Below the pieces are notes generated by a model. The model saw nothing but the letters and a program-made list of their open reading frames with translations. It did no database searches and had not been told where the DNA came from. The position numbers were made by a program, and so were the translations under genes. From Candidatus Poribacteria bacterium (GTDB lineage Bacteria > Poribacteria > WGA-4E > WGA-3G), in the NCBI GenBank assembly GCA_965205015.1, contig OZ242029.1:800001-864000 (forward strand): a stretch of DNA of 64,000 nucleotides, read 5' to 3'. Positions 1 through 9,232 of this stretch are shown piece after piece. Each line of letters opens with the position of its first letter. The first letter of the stretch is position 1.

Positions 1-285
1 TTGTCCTGTCACATCGAAAACTCTACCGAGCACAGCATCGCCAACGGGGACGGTGATCGGACCGCCAGTATCGGTTGCGAGGGTGCCGCGGACTAAGCCA
101 TCCGTTGTATCCATTGCGACTGCACGCACCCGATTTTCGCCTAAATGCTGCTGAACTTCGAGGACCAGTTCGGTTCCATCGTAACGTTGAACTTTAACAG
201 CGTTTAGGATATCCGGCAATTCGCCTCCCGAAAAATCTATGTCAACTCGCGCACCGACAACTTCTAAAATTTTTCCTTGGTTCAT
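1..285 (-). CDS. atpD: F0F1 ATP synthase subunit beta, 5' part (runs off window)
   Basis: Manual translation from ATG 285: [18 protein letters not shown]...[28 protein letters not shown]; follows atpG. Confidence 0.96.
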   Translation of the reverse strand, partial: MNQGKILEVVGARVDIDFSGGELPDILNAVKVQRYDGTELVLEVQQHLGENRVRAVAMDTTDGLVRGTLATDTGGPITVPVGDAVLGRVFDVTGQ

Positions 286-407
286 GAGATGTTCCTTTTT
301 AATTCAGAATCGTTGACTTTTCGTTACACCCAAATTTCTGGCATTTCTGTTTTGCACGGCACTTTCAAATCATAGTTTTCTTGAACACTGCGCACTCCTA
401 TGCAGCG

Positions 408-881
408 TCATAGATTCGGACACACCTTTTGGAAGCGGGCGAGTGCCTGTGCTCGATTCACTAATGCGTATTGCCGATTTCGAGTTGGCATCAGGAGATT
501 CACGCGTTGGACTTTCCGATTCAGGTTTTCGAGTTTTTCACTATATTGCGCCAGAGCGCGAGCCCGTTCCTGTTCAAAAGTCCGACTGATGGCTCCACGC
601 CGATGCGGATACTGTTGGACGATAGCCGCCAACCGCTCTCGACGGGCTTTCAGGTTTATGAGGACTCTTTCAAGTTGTGCTTTTTCTTGCTTGATTTCTT
701 TTTCTAATTCAACCCACCGTGGCGCGAATCCGTTCTCCTTCAGGAGTCGGTTTACCATTCGTGCCTGGGGAGTGAGATAAGGATTTGTGTCTAATTTGAG
801 CGGTTTACCTCTGCCGGGCAAATTTGCGAATTCGCCACGGTCCATCGCTTCCTTGATCTGTTTGTTGACATCGATCGGCAT
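408..881 (-). CDS. DUF1992 / DnaJC28-conserved-domain protein
   Basis: IKEAMDRGEFANLPGRGKPL...RLLKENGFAPRWVEL motif; SD GAGGAGG upstream. Confidence 0.85.
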   Translation of the reverse strand: MPIDVNKQIKEAMDRGEFANLPGRGKPLKLDTNPYLTPQARMVNRLLKENGFAPRWVELEKEIKQEKAQLERVLINLKARRERLAAIVQQYPHRRGAISRTFEQERARALAQYSEKLENLNRKVQRVNLLMPTRNRQYALVNRAQALARFQKVCPNL

Positions 882-893
882 CTGAAACCTCCT

Positions 894-990
894 CGCGGTT
901 ACGGCACGACGGCGCGTGCCTACTCTCCTACAGGGCAGAACGGAATCTGCTCGCTTTTTTGCTACGGCAGAGCGGAGTCTGCCTGCTACT
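894..990 (-). repeat. Cluster of GTAG-type REP-like hairpins
   Basis: Minus strand: GTAGCAGGCAGACTCCGCTCTGCC, GCAGATTCCGTTCTGCC, GTAGGCACGCGCCGTCGTGCC. Confidence 0.55.
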
Positions 991-991
991 T

Positions 992-1870
992 CTAACCCTC
1001 GAGTGCGGCTGCCCCACTGACAATCTCGGAAATTTCTGTCGTGATCTGTGTTTGACGTGCCCTGTTGCGTTGGAGAATCAGTTCATCGATCAATTCTTTC
1101 GCCTTTTGTGTGGCATTCTCCATCGCTGCCATTCGCGCGGCTTGTTCCGCTGCGTTGGAATCCAGAAGCACTTTCCACATTTGCATATTCAGGTGTTTGC
1201 CGAGTAGCATTTCAAAGAGCTCCACTTGTCCCGGTTCATAGATATAATCCAGAAAGAGCTCATCACCCTCTGGTATTTCAGGTTCTAACGGAAGAAGCTG
1301 CTCAACAAGGACAGTCTGGAGAATAGCAGACCTGAAGTTATTGTAGATAACCTCGACTTTATCGATTTTTTTATCCGTATAAAGATGTTCAAATTCGTGA
1401 ACAACGTCAACAGCGGTTTGGAATTCAAGCTGACGGAAAATGTTGATGTAGGCATCGGTGATGTTGTAACCACGCCGGGTAAAATGCTCTTGCGATCGTC
1501 TGCCGATACAGATAAGCGTCACATCTGCACCACTCTCTTGATAATGCCCTATGCGTTGTGTCGTTGTCCGAATAACGTTACTATTGAAACTTCCACACAA
1601 CCCTCGATCTGCGGAGACAGAAATAATGCAGACATGCTTTATCTCACGCGTTTCAAGCAGCGGATGTGTCAGTGTCTGATTCTCAGTATCCATCTGCGAG
1701 ATTAGGTGTCCTAAGATCGTGTCGAGTTTATCGGCGTAAGGACGCGTCGCATTAATATTCTCTTGGGCACGGCGGAGCCGTGCAGCAGCCACGACACGCA
1801 TTGCATCGGTGACCTGCTCAATGTTTTGAATGCTGGCGATACGCCTTCGAATTTCTCGTAAAGTTGCCAT
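992..1870 (-). CDS. atpG: ATP synthase gamma subunit
   Basis: MATLREIRRRI, DRGLCGSFN, ARMAAMENAT, RQTQITTEISEIVSGA. Confidence 0.98.
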   Translation of the reverse strand: MATLREIRRRIASIQNIEQVTDAMRVVAAARLRRAQENINATRPYADKLDTILGHLISQMDTENQTLTHPLLETREIKHVCIISVSADRGLCGSFNSNVIRTTTQRIGHYQESGADVTLICIGRRSQEHFTRRGYNITDAYINIFRQLEFQTAVDVVHEFEHLYTDKKIDKVEVIYNNFRSAILQTVLVEQLLPLEPEIPEGDELFLDYIYEPGQVELFEMLLGKHLNMQMWKVLLDSNAAEQAARMAAMENATQKAKELIDELILQRNRARQTQITTEISEIVSGAAALEG

Positions 1871-2000
1871 ATTTTTTTAATTATGGGAGTCCCGGTATAA
1901 TCCCAAAGCGCGCAGCTCGTAATGAAATGGAGAGTGGATATATAGAAATCAACGCGATGCATCCAACCCACCTCACCGAACCGCAAGGTAAAATTAAAAA
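1871..2000. repeat. MITE-like dispersed repeat in atpA-atpG spacer
   Basis: Ends TTTTTAATT...AATTAAAAA; end motif CCGAACCGCAAGG..AATTAAAAA recurs inverted at ~3509-3540 and at ~51725-51744. Confidence 0.5.
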
Positions 2001-3508
2001 TTTTCCTTGAACGTTTTCACAGCAGTGTGTAAGGTCTCAAGGAGTTCATCACCCAGCAACCCCGTTTCTGCGACTTCCGCGAGAAGTTCTGCGTGATTCC
2101 GGTCAAGGTATTGTAAAAATTCGGATTCAAACCTTGCCACTTCTGTCTCTTCGACATCGTCCAGATAACCGTTGGTGCCACAGAAGATAGAAGCGACTTC
2201 GCGTGCTACAGACATCGGTTCATATTGCGGTTGTTTCAGCAATTCAACGAGTCGTGTGCCGCGGAGCAGCAAGGATTGCGTTAATGCGTCCAAATCCGAT
2301 CCAAATTGCGCAAAGGCGGCAACCTCCCGGAAACTGGCGAGATCCAATTTCAGGGTACCCGCAACCTCGTCTGATTTCATGGCTCTCACCTGCGCATCCC
2401 CACCGACTCGCGAAACAGATAGACCGACATCAATCGCGGGTCTCACGCCTTGGTTAAACAGATCCGTTGTGAGATATATCTGCCCATCGGTGATGGAAAT
2501 AACGTTTGTGGGGATATAGGTCGTCAAATCGCCTTCAAAGATCTCAATAATCGGTAGAGCAGTAAGAGAACCCCCGCCCAATTCATCGCTTAATTTTGCA
2601 GCGCGTTCTAAGAGGCGTGAGTGTAAGTAGAAGACATCCCCCGGATAGGCTTCCCTACCGGGCGGTCTCCGCGAGAGCAATGACATCTGCCGGTACGCCC
2701 ACGCGTGTTTCGTCAAGTCGTCGTAGATAATGAGGGCGTGTTTGCCGTTGTCTCTGAAGTATTCACCCATTGCAGTACCAGAATAGGGGGCAAGGTACTG
2801 AAGCGGGGACGGTGCACTGGCAGGCGCGGAGACGATCGTCGTATACTCCAGGGCGTTATGCTCACGAAGCGTCGCTGCAACTTGTGCCAAAGTTGAACCT
2901 TTTTGACCGATAGCGACATAGATACAGTAGACATCCGTATCTTTCTGACTCAAGATAGTATCCAAGGCAATAGCCGTCTTGCCGGTTCGACGGTCCCCGA
3001 TAATCAGTTCACGTTGCCCTCTGCCGATCGGAGTCAAGCTGTCAATCGCTTTTAAGCCTGTATAAAGGGGTTCGCTCACGGGTTGCCGTTGAACAATGCC
3101 GAGTCCCTTCTGTTCGACAGGAAGTCGATGTTCTGTTTCAATGTCACCCAAGCCATCAATCGGTTGACCGAGCGCATCGACGATCCGTCCGAGAAGTGCC
3201 TCGCCGACAGGGACTTCGGGAAGTCGTCCTGTGCGTTTGGCGGTATCCCCTTCGTGTATGAGCTGATCTTCGCCGAACAGGACACAACCGACGTTGTCTT
3301 CTTCGAGGTTGAAAGCGATACCGTAGACATCGTTAGGAAACTCGATCATTTCACTCGCCATAGCGTTCGCAAGCCCATGCACCCGCGCGATGCCATCGCC
3401 TACCTCCAGCACCGTGCCGGAGTCATAGACATCCACGTCCTGTTCAAACTGTTGCAGTTGTTGTTTAAGGATATTTGATATTTCGTCCGGTCGGACTTCT
3501 CTTGCCAT
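1994..3508 (-). CDS. atpA: ATP synthase alpha subunit
   Basis: [16 protein letters not shown] Walker [24 protein letters not shown]. Confidence 0.99.
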   Translation of the reverse strand: MAREVRPDEISNILKQQLQQFEQDVDVYDSGTVLEVGDGIARVHGLANAMASEMIEFPNDVYGIAFNLEEDNVGCVLFGEDQLIHEGDTAKRTGRLPEVPVGEALLGRIVDALGQPIDGLGDIETEHRLPVEQKGLGIVQRQPVSEPLYTGLKAIDSLTPIGRGQRELIIGDRRTGKTAIALDTILSQKDTDVYCIYVAIGQKGSTLAQVAATLREHNALEYTTIVSAPASAPSPLQYLAPYSGTAMGEYFRDNGKHALIIYDDLTKHAWAYRQMSLLSRRPPGREAYPGDVFYLHSRLLERAAKLSDELGGGSLTALPIIEIFEGDLTTYIPTNVISITDGQIYLTTDLFNQGVRPAIDVGLSVSRVGGDAQVRAMKSDEVAGTLKLDLASFREVAAFAQFGSDLDALTQSLLLRGTRLVELLKQPQYEPMSVAREVASIFCGTNGYLDDVEETEVARFESEFLQYLDRNHAELLAEVAETGLLGDELLETLHTAVKTFKENF

Positions 3509-3730
3509 TTTTTAATTATTCCTTGCGGTTCGGTCAGGTGAATTAGAGGTTCAATCTCATCTCCGTATATCCGCTTGCGTGTTTTTGCTTGGGTATTTCT
3601 GCGGATTGTTGCAGGCTACAATTGTGATTCATGTTTCCAAGATACAAGAAACTCAAAATACCCAAACCCAGCCGAGACTTCATCGGAAACCACGGCGTAA
3701 CATAGTGGAGCGGTACCCAGGACCTATAGT

Positions 3731-4273
3731 TTAAGATCCTCTTGCGAGTTGCTGCTTCAGGCGTTGGAGTTGTGTTGTAACGCTTGCATCAAAAACGGTG
3801 TCTTCTAACTGCACGATGAATCCACCCTGAATGTGTGGATCCGTTACGGTTTCCAATCGCACCTGTTTTCCTGAATACGTGCTTAACTGCTGTGCGAGCC
3901 GCTCCTCTTGTTCCACTGTTATGGGTACAGCCGTCGTCACTTTTGCGATAAGCCTACCGGCAGCCTCGTCAACGATTGCTGAAAAAGCATCCATTATTGC
4001 GATAAGATAGCGTTCACGCTGCTTCAACGCGAGGAGTTTGAAAAAATTAACCGTCAGCGGTTGCATCGTATCGGTGAAAAGCTGCTGAAACGTCTCGCTT
4101 TTAAATTGCGGAGACAGAATAGGACTGTGGATTAACTGTGTGAATTCCTCAGACTGTTCAATCAACTCTCGCAGGCTATCTACATCTGCAATAACAGGTG
4201 CCAAGGCGTTCTGTTCCACGGCTGCATCGTATAGGGCGCGTGCATAAGGTTTTGCAACCCGAATGTCTCTCAT
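3731..4273 (-). CDS. atpH: ATP synthase delta subunit
   Basis: VAKPYARALY, DPHIQGGFIVQ..D.S; operon position. Confidence 0.96.
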   Translation of the reverse strand: MRDIRVAKPYARALYDAAVEQNALAPVIADVDSLRELIEQSEEFTQLIHSPILSPQFKSETFQQLFTDTMQPLTVNFFKLLALKQRERYLIAIMDAFSAIVDEAAGRLIAKVTTAVPITVEQEERLAQQLSTYSGKQVRLETVTDPHIQGGFIVQLEDTVFDASVTTQLQRLKQQLARGS

Positions 4274-4292
4274 AGTTCGTTTTCACCTCAAT

Positions 4293-4371
4293 AGTTTTCA
4301 GTCGTTAGCCATCAATTAAGACGTTCTTGCTTATAAGCAACTTCTTGTAACTGACGACTGATAACCGATAC
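4293..4371. repeat. Heptamer-based inverted repeat element (STRR-like)
   Basis: gttttcagtcgttagccatcaattaag ... taactgacgactgataaccgata; same family at 15941-16064, 28491-28637, 58355-58385. Confidence 0.5.
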
Positions 4372-4977
4372 CTATTCCGTTGGCAACCTGCTAATAGATG
4401 CATCAATGATATGCTGATGTCTCTCGGCGTTGAGTTCTTCGCTTATGATTTTGCTGGCGGCATCAATGGCAAGTTCAGCGACGACCCCTCGTAGTTCCGA
4501 GATCGCTTCGTCTTTTTCACGTTGAATCTCTGCTCTGGCTCTTGTCACTTCATCATCCGCCTCTTGCCGTGCCTGCGCGAGAATTTGCTGACGCTCAGCA
4601 TTTCCTTGGTCAATCGCTGCTTGAATTCTGGCTTGTGCTTCGGTCTCAATATCGGCTAAACGTTGACGTGTCTCTGCAGTGAGCCGATCTAACTCGTCCC
4701 GATCCGTTCGCAGTTGTTCCAACTGCGTGCTAATCTCATTTCTGCGATCCTCTAAAAGTCCGCCGACCCTGCCGAAAACAAACTTCCAAAGTACCGCAAG
4801 CACAATCAAAAAACCGATGACTTGGATGGTGATCGTTTTTGGGTCAATCCCGAGCAGACTCAACAGTCCGCCGTCGCCAGCAGGCGCCTCCGCAGCGAAC
4901 ACATTCTTGACGCAGATGCCCATTAAAATTGCGGTATATAGGACGTAATGTGTAGTCCTGTACTTGGTATTTTGCAT
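4372..4977 (-). CDS. atpF: ATP synthase b subunit (start uncertain; ORF open to 5025)
   Basis: TM helix QVIGFLIVLAVLWKFVF then charged coiled coil; LAIDAASKII. Confidence 0.93.
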   Translation of the reverse strand: MQNTKYRTTHYVLYTAILMGICVKNVFAAEAPAGDGGLLSLLGIDPKTITIQVIGFLIVLAVLWKFVFGRVGGLLEDRRNEISTQLEQLRTDRDELDRLTAETRQRLADIETEAQARIQAAIDQGNAERQQILAQARQEADDEVTRARAEIQREKDEAISELRGVVAELAIDAASKIISEELNAERHQHIIDASISRLPTE

Positions 4978-5092
4978 CAGTGTGCTGTACTCTATTTTTG
5001 GAACTGAAGACGTATGCCCTCGCAAATTTTTTGTCAGGACGTTTCCGGTTCCGCTTGCAAGTCGTGCTGTACGTCCTCAGTCAGGAGTTATT

Positions 5093-5398
5093 TTAATTTC
5101 CGCTTCCGACATCTGTCGCAACTCGTTTCGCGTCTGCATCAATCATCTCTCTCAGCATTTCACCTTCAGGGAGTTTTGCTTGCAAGATAAAGAACATTAA
5201 GAGCGCATAGATAACGAGCGACTCGATGAGTGCCAAACCGATAATCATTGCCGTTTGGATACGCGGCGCGGCATCCGGTTGACGTGCAATACCTTCAAGA
5301 GCGGTACTTGTCGCACTGCCTTGTGCTCTTGAGGCGAAGATGACGGCGATTGGCAAGCCTAACGTTACGCCAAACGCCAACACAGCTAAATAAATCAT
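5093..5398 (-). CDS. atpE: ATP synthase c subunit
   Basis: ARQPDA loop, GLALIESLVIY with essential Glu; SD AGGAGG. Confidence 0.97.
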   Translation of the reverse strand: MIYLAVLAFGVTLGLPIAVIFASRAQGSATSTALEGIARQPDAAPRIQTAMIIGLALIESLVIYALLMFFILQAKLPEGEMLREMIDADAKRVATDVGSGN

Positions 5399-5426
5399 GA
5401 AATGTCCTCCTTGGACGGGTAAGGGC

Positions 5427-5457
5427 TTGTAGGGGCGGGGTTACCCCGCCCCTACAA
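5427..5457. repeat. Perfect GTAG-type REP palindrome
   Basis: ttgtaggggcggggt-t-accccgcccctacaa, perfect 15-bp arms. Confidence 0.8.
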
Positions 5458-5468
5458 ATCCCAGAGAA

Positions 5469-6299
5469 TTAATGATGCGCTTCATGCGCTTCGTCGTGGT
5501 GTTCTATGAACAGCACAATATAGATAGATGTTAAGATGGTAAAAACGAATGCCTGCAGGAAGCCAGCAAACAGTCCGAAGAACAGCATAGGCACTTGCAC
5601 CGGAATAATCGGTATGGCATCTGCAATCAGCACGATAAGTCCGAGTTTCGTCAGTTCAATCACGACCGATTTTTCGCCAAAAATGTTTCCGAAAAGACGG
5701 ACAGCGAGAGAACCCGCACGCGATAACTGCGCAATAACTTCGAGTGGGAACATTAAGACCCCCAACCACGGAGGGTCACCGGCTAAATGTTTCAGATAGC
5801 CCCCTATCCCGTTCTCTTTAATCGCGATAATTTGAACGCCTAACACAGCCGTTATGCCGAGTGCAAGCGTTGTATTCAAATCTGCTGTTGGGGGTTGAAG
5901 ACCCGGAATAACGCCAAGATAATTCAGGAAGAGAATGAAGATGAAAAAAGAGCCAACGAATGGAATATACTTTTTGCCGTGTTCGCCTAAAATACCGCCG
6001 AAGAAATCAATGATACCCTCTACAAACATCTCTAACAGGGTTTGTCCTTTCCCTTCAGGTATCCGTTTCAACTTCCGGGTGACGAAAATAAAAAACAACA
6101 CTAAAACGAGAACAGCGAAGTATGTGTTAGGAATTAGATCGGGCTGATGCCACCGAGTCGGTTCAGGGATAATTTCATCTGGTAAAATTTTTGAAATCGG
6201 ATAGAGCAGACTCCGGTGACCGTTCTCGGCTGCGAAACTCCCGGCGCCTGCTGCCAAACTGAGTCCGACAACCCAGCAGATAAATGATATTTTTTTCAT
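5469..6299 (-). CDS. atpB: ATP synthase a subunit
   Basis: PTADLNTT, SLAVRLFGN (essential Arg), LQAFVFTILTSIY. Confidence 0.97.
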   Translation of the reverse strand: MKKISFICWVVGLSLAAGAGSFAAENGHRSLLYPISKILPDEIIPEPTRWHQPDLIPNTYFAVLVLVLFFIFVTRKLKRIPEGKGQTLLEMFVEGIIDFFGGILGEHGKKYIPFVGSFFIFILFLNYLGVIPGLQPPTADLNTTLALGITAVLGVQIIAIKENGIGGYLKHLAGDPPWLGVLMFPLEVIAQLSRAGSLAVRLFGNIFGEKSVVIELTKLGLIVLIADAIPIIPVQVPMLFFGLFAGFLQAFVFTILTSIYIVLFIEHHDEAHEAHH

Positions 6300-6374
6300 A
6301 TTTGTTGTTATATCTTTTAAGAGCGCGGCGCGTTTCGGACACGTCCCGCTTGAAATCTACCTGTAAATTTTGCC

Positions 6375-6782
6375 TCAAGACTGATTCGGATCCTTATTTG
6401 ACAGGATCGTCACCATCAAACCGATCGCTTTGATAATGATGGCTCCCTGTACTAAAGCAATTCCTCCAGCGAACGCGTATATATTCATCCATTCCATTTT
6501 AAACAGAAGATAGAGGATTCCACCCAGTACCGTGTATTTACCGAGTGCGATGAAACCCAGCACGTATTTCGTGCGCTTCGTGCTCCCGGGTCGCACGAGT
6601 CGCCGAACCACGAATTCAATGGACCAGAAGAGACTCAGGCTGATAGCACTGCCGATCAGAAAACTGGGGAGCGCGGGGCGTTTGAATCCTAACAACACTG
6701 CCGAAATGACGACGGTGAGACAGATCGTCAAGATATAGACGTGGCGGATAAATCGGTCGCCAATTTCCAAAACCGGACCCAT
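6375..6782 (-). CDS. atpI: ATP synthase protein I (4 TM)
   Basis: Four hydrophobic segments; directly upstream of atpB; SD AAGGAG. Confidence 0.75.
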   Translation of the reverse strand: MGPVLEIGDRFIRHVYILTICLTVVISAVLLGFKRPALPSFLIGSAISLSLFWSIEFVVRRLVRPGSTKRTKYVLGFIALGKYTVLGGILYLLFKMEWMNIYAFAGGIALVQGAIIIKAIGLMVTILSNKDPNQS

Positions 6783-6856
6783 CCAGGTGACTCCTTTGTC
6801 ATAATAACGGCGAAGGATAATCGCCGAAATTTCCGGACCTCGATTGCTTTCAGATT

Positions 6857-7156
6857 TTATCCTTCTTCAGCGTCCTGTGTTTGTTCTGAAGTGGCACGAC
6901 GCTGTTTTTCCAGACGTTCGAGTTGGCGGTTCCAACGTGCTACCGAGCGAAACATCTCCATGAAGCCAGCGGCAACTCCCATTCCGAAACCGATATAGGA
7001 TCCAACTGCTGCGTTGCCTAATTTTCCACCGAGCCACTTGCCCCCGAAATACCCGATACAAATCGCGAGTGCAAGCGTTATCCCGATTGAAGCGAGGTCG
7101 AACATCCCGATGTTGTCATTTTTCAGATGTTTCAGACGTTTCTTAAATATTAACAT
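6857..7156 (-). CDS. AtpZ/AtpI-family small membrane protein
   Basis: IGITLALAICIGYFGGKWLG...GFGMGVAAGF pattern; first gene of operon; ATG 7156 with SD GAAGG preferred over TTG 7213. Confidence 0.75.
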   Translation of the reverse strand: MLIFKKRLKHLKNDNIGMFDLASIGITLALAICIGYFGGKWLGGKLGNAAVGSYIGFGMGVAAGFMEMFRSVARWNRQLERLEKQRRATSEQTQDAEEG

Positions 7157-7221
7157 CGCTGCACCTTCAAACAACGGAACACGTTTATCAGATGGTAACC
7201 TCTTATCAAGCAACGGTATAT

Positions 7222-7250
7222 ATTATAACACGCAGATGTTGGGAATGCAA
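7222..7250 (-). promoter_or_regulatory. Sigma70-type promoter of atp operon
   Basis: TTGCAT-N17-TATAAT with extended TG. Confidence 0.7.
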
Positions 7251-7332
7251 AAAAAAATAGAATAGCTTTAGAAGGGGGGTATTGTGTTTAGGGGTTAATA
7301 TAGTCATTGTTTATCTGAACCCAGGATGACGG

Positions 7333-7385
7333 TTCCTTCCCGCCTTAAAAGGTGAGATTTCCACGGCAAAGAACTTAATGATGAA
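7333..7385. mobile_element. Possible decayed IS200/IS605-family end
   Basis: ttccttcccgccttaaaaggtgagatttccacggc...tgatga resembles IS605 subterminal hairpins; no transposase nearby. Confidence 0.3.
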
Positions 7386-7417
7386 CTGTGTAAACTATAG
7401 TATAACTCTCTATGATT

Positions 7418-9232
7418 TCACCGGTACTTTTCCGACTGCATTCGGTAGAGTGTCGCATACCTACCCCCTTTGTTCATCAACTGCTCGTGGGTGCCTTCCT
7501 CAAGAATTTTCCCTGCGTCAATGACGAGAATCCTATCAGCCATGCGAACCGTCGAGAAGCGATGCGAGATTAATAACGTTGTCACATTCTGCGTGAGCAT
7601 TTTGAAGCGTTGAAAGAGGGCGTATTCGGATTCCGCATCGAGTGCGGCCGTCGGCTCATCGAGGATTAAGATTGCTGCGTTTCTCATAAAGGCACGCGAG
7701 ATGGCGATTTTCTGCCACTCTCCGCCGGATAAATCGGTGCCGCCGTCAAAATGCCGTCCAAGCAAGGTCTGGTACCCCTCAGAAAGTTGTGAAACGACGG
7801 TATCTGCTTGACCCTGTTCCGCTGCCTGAATCACCGCGGACTCGTTGTTGACCTGCTCCACATTCCCAACACCGATATTTTCCCCAGCGGTGAGGAAAAA
7901 GTGTGAAAAATCCTGAAAGACGGGGGCAATTTTCTGGCGTAAACTGTCAAGGCGATACTGATGTAAAGGGATGCCATCAACGAATATTTGTCCTGCTGTT
8001 GGGTCATAAAAACGGCAGAGAAGTTTTACAAGCGTCGTTTTGCCGGCACCGTTTTCGCCAACGATGGCGAGCGTCTCTCCAGCTTTTATTGAGAAGGAAA
8101 CATCACTGAATACGGTGTTCTCACATCCCGGATACCGAAAAGAGACGTTCCGGAACTCAACGTCTCGATTAATGTGAGAAAACGTCTGGGGTGCCTCGGC
8201 GGTTTTCAGGGTAGGTGTCAGCTCGAAGAAGGACGATAACGTATGAAATTCTATTGTGGAACCGGTTAGATTCCCAACTTTCAGAGTTAAGTCCCAGAAC
8301 GCCGCTTGCAAACCATTCACAATCGAAAAATACATCGCTACCTCACCGACGGTAATCCTTCCTTGAAACGCGACCAGCACAACGTAGATGTAGAGAAGTG
8401 TGAGTCCGATGCCGTGTAAAAGTGTGAAAAGCAAGGTAATTTTGGTGTGTGAGATTCTCACAGACAGGAATCGTTTGAAAAGCGTGTCAAAAAGTTCACG
8501 ATACCGGTTGGTAAAGTAGGCACCCAGGTTAAAGAGTTTTATCTCTTTTACGGACTCAATATTAAAAAGGAGTCCATGGAAGTATCCCAATTGACGGGAT
8601 TCTGGCAGCTGCTCCCAACGGGTGTCAAAGGCGTATTGGTGATGGCGATACTCTGCGAAGAGGTGGGGTAAAGCAACAAGAACCATCGCAATTGGGATGA
8701 AGGGGCTGATGGTTATCGTCAAACTTAAGAGGGAGAAGAGCGTAATGCCGTTGCTAATCGTGGATGACAGCACCCAGAGCATACCTTCAAGGAGCGTTGA
8801 GTTTTCTCTGAGGAAGCGGAGTTGATCGTAAAATTTACTTTCATCAAAGTATGCTAGTCCGGTGAGTTGCGATGCCTTTTTCATGACCTGCTCATCTATA
8901 TCGGCAATGAGCAGGTCTGAAAGCGTAGAGCGGACAACCTCTGCTGCTGGATTCATAACGAAGGGGAGGATGTTACAGAGGATACAACCGATACCCAGAA
9001 GGATCGTTGTCATCTCCAATGGGGTTCCGGTCTTTACGATCGCTACGACATCGTTGACGAGGTGATTGAGCAGCAACGCGGCAGTCGCCGGAAGGCTGCT
9101 GGAAATAATAAGAAATAGCAAAAGTAAAGAGGTGCGTTTAGCGGAAGTCTGCCAAGCGAAGGCAAGGACCTTCAGACTCATTTTCACAGTATCAACGACG
9201 AGTGTTTTCCAAGAAAGTAGTTTTTTAAACAT
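7418..9232 (-). CDS. ABC exporter, fused TMD+NBD (MdlB/peptide-exporter type)
   Basis: GENGAGKT, LSGGEWQ, ILDEPT, SHR; ATG 9232 overlaps upstream stop. Confidence 0.93.
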   Translation of the reverse strand: MFKKLLSWKTLVVDTVKMSLKVLAFAWQTSAKRTSLLLLFLIISSSLPATAALLLNHLVNDVVAIVKTGTPLEMTTILLGIGCILCNILPFVMNPAAEVVRSTLSDLLIADIDEQVMKKASQLTGLAYFDESKFYDQLRFLRENSTLLEGMLWVLSSTISNGITLFSLLSLTITISPFIPIAMVLVALPHLFAEYRHHQYAFDTRWEQLPESRQLGYFHGLLFNIESVKEIKLFNLGAYFTNRYRELFDTLFKRFLSVRISHTKITLLFTLLHGIGLTLLYIYVVLVAFQGRITVGEVAMYFSIVNGLQAAFWDLTLKVGNLTGSTIEFHTLSSFFELTPTLKTAEAPQTFSHINRDVEFRNVSFRYPGCENTVFSDVSFSIKAGETLAIVGENGAGKTTLVKLLCRFYDPTAGQIFVDGIPLHQYRLDSLRQKIAPVFQDFSHFFLTAGENIGVGNVEQVNNESAVIQAAEQGQADTVVSQLSEGYQTLLGRHFDGGTDLSGGEWQKIAISRAFMRNAAILILDEPTAALDAESEYALFQRFKMLTQNVTTLLISHRFSTVRMADRILVIDAGKILEEGTHEQLMNKGGRYATLYRMQSEKYR

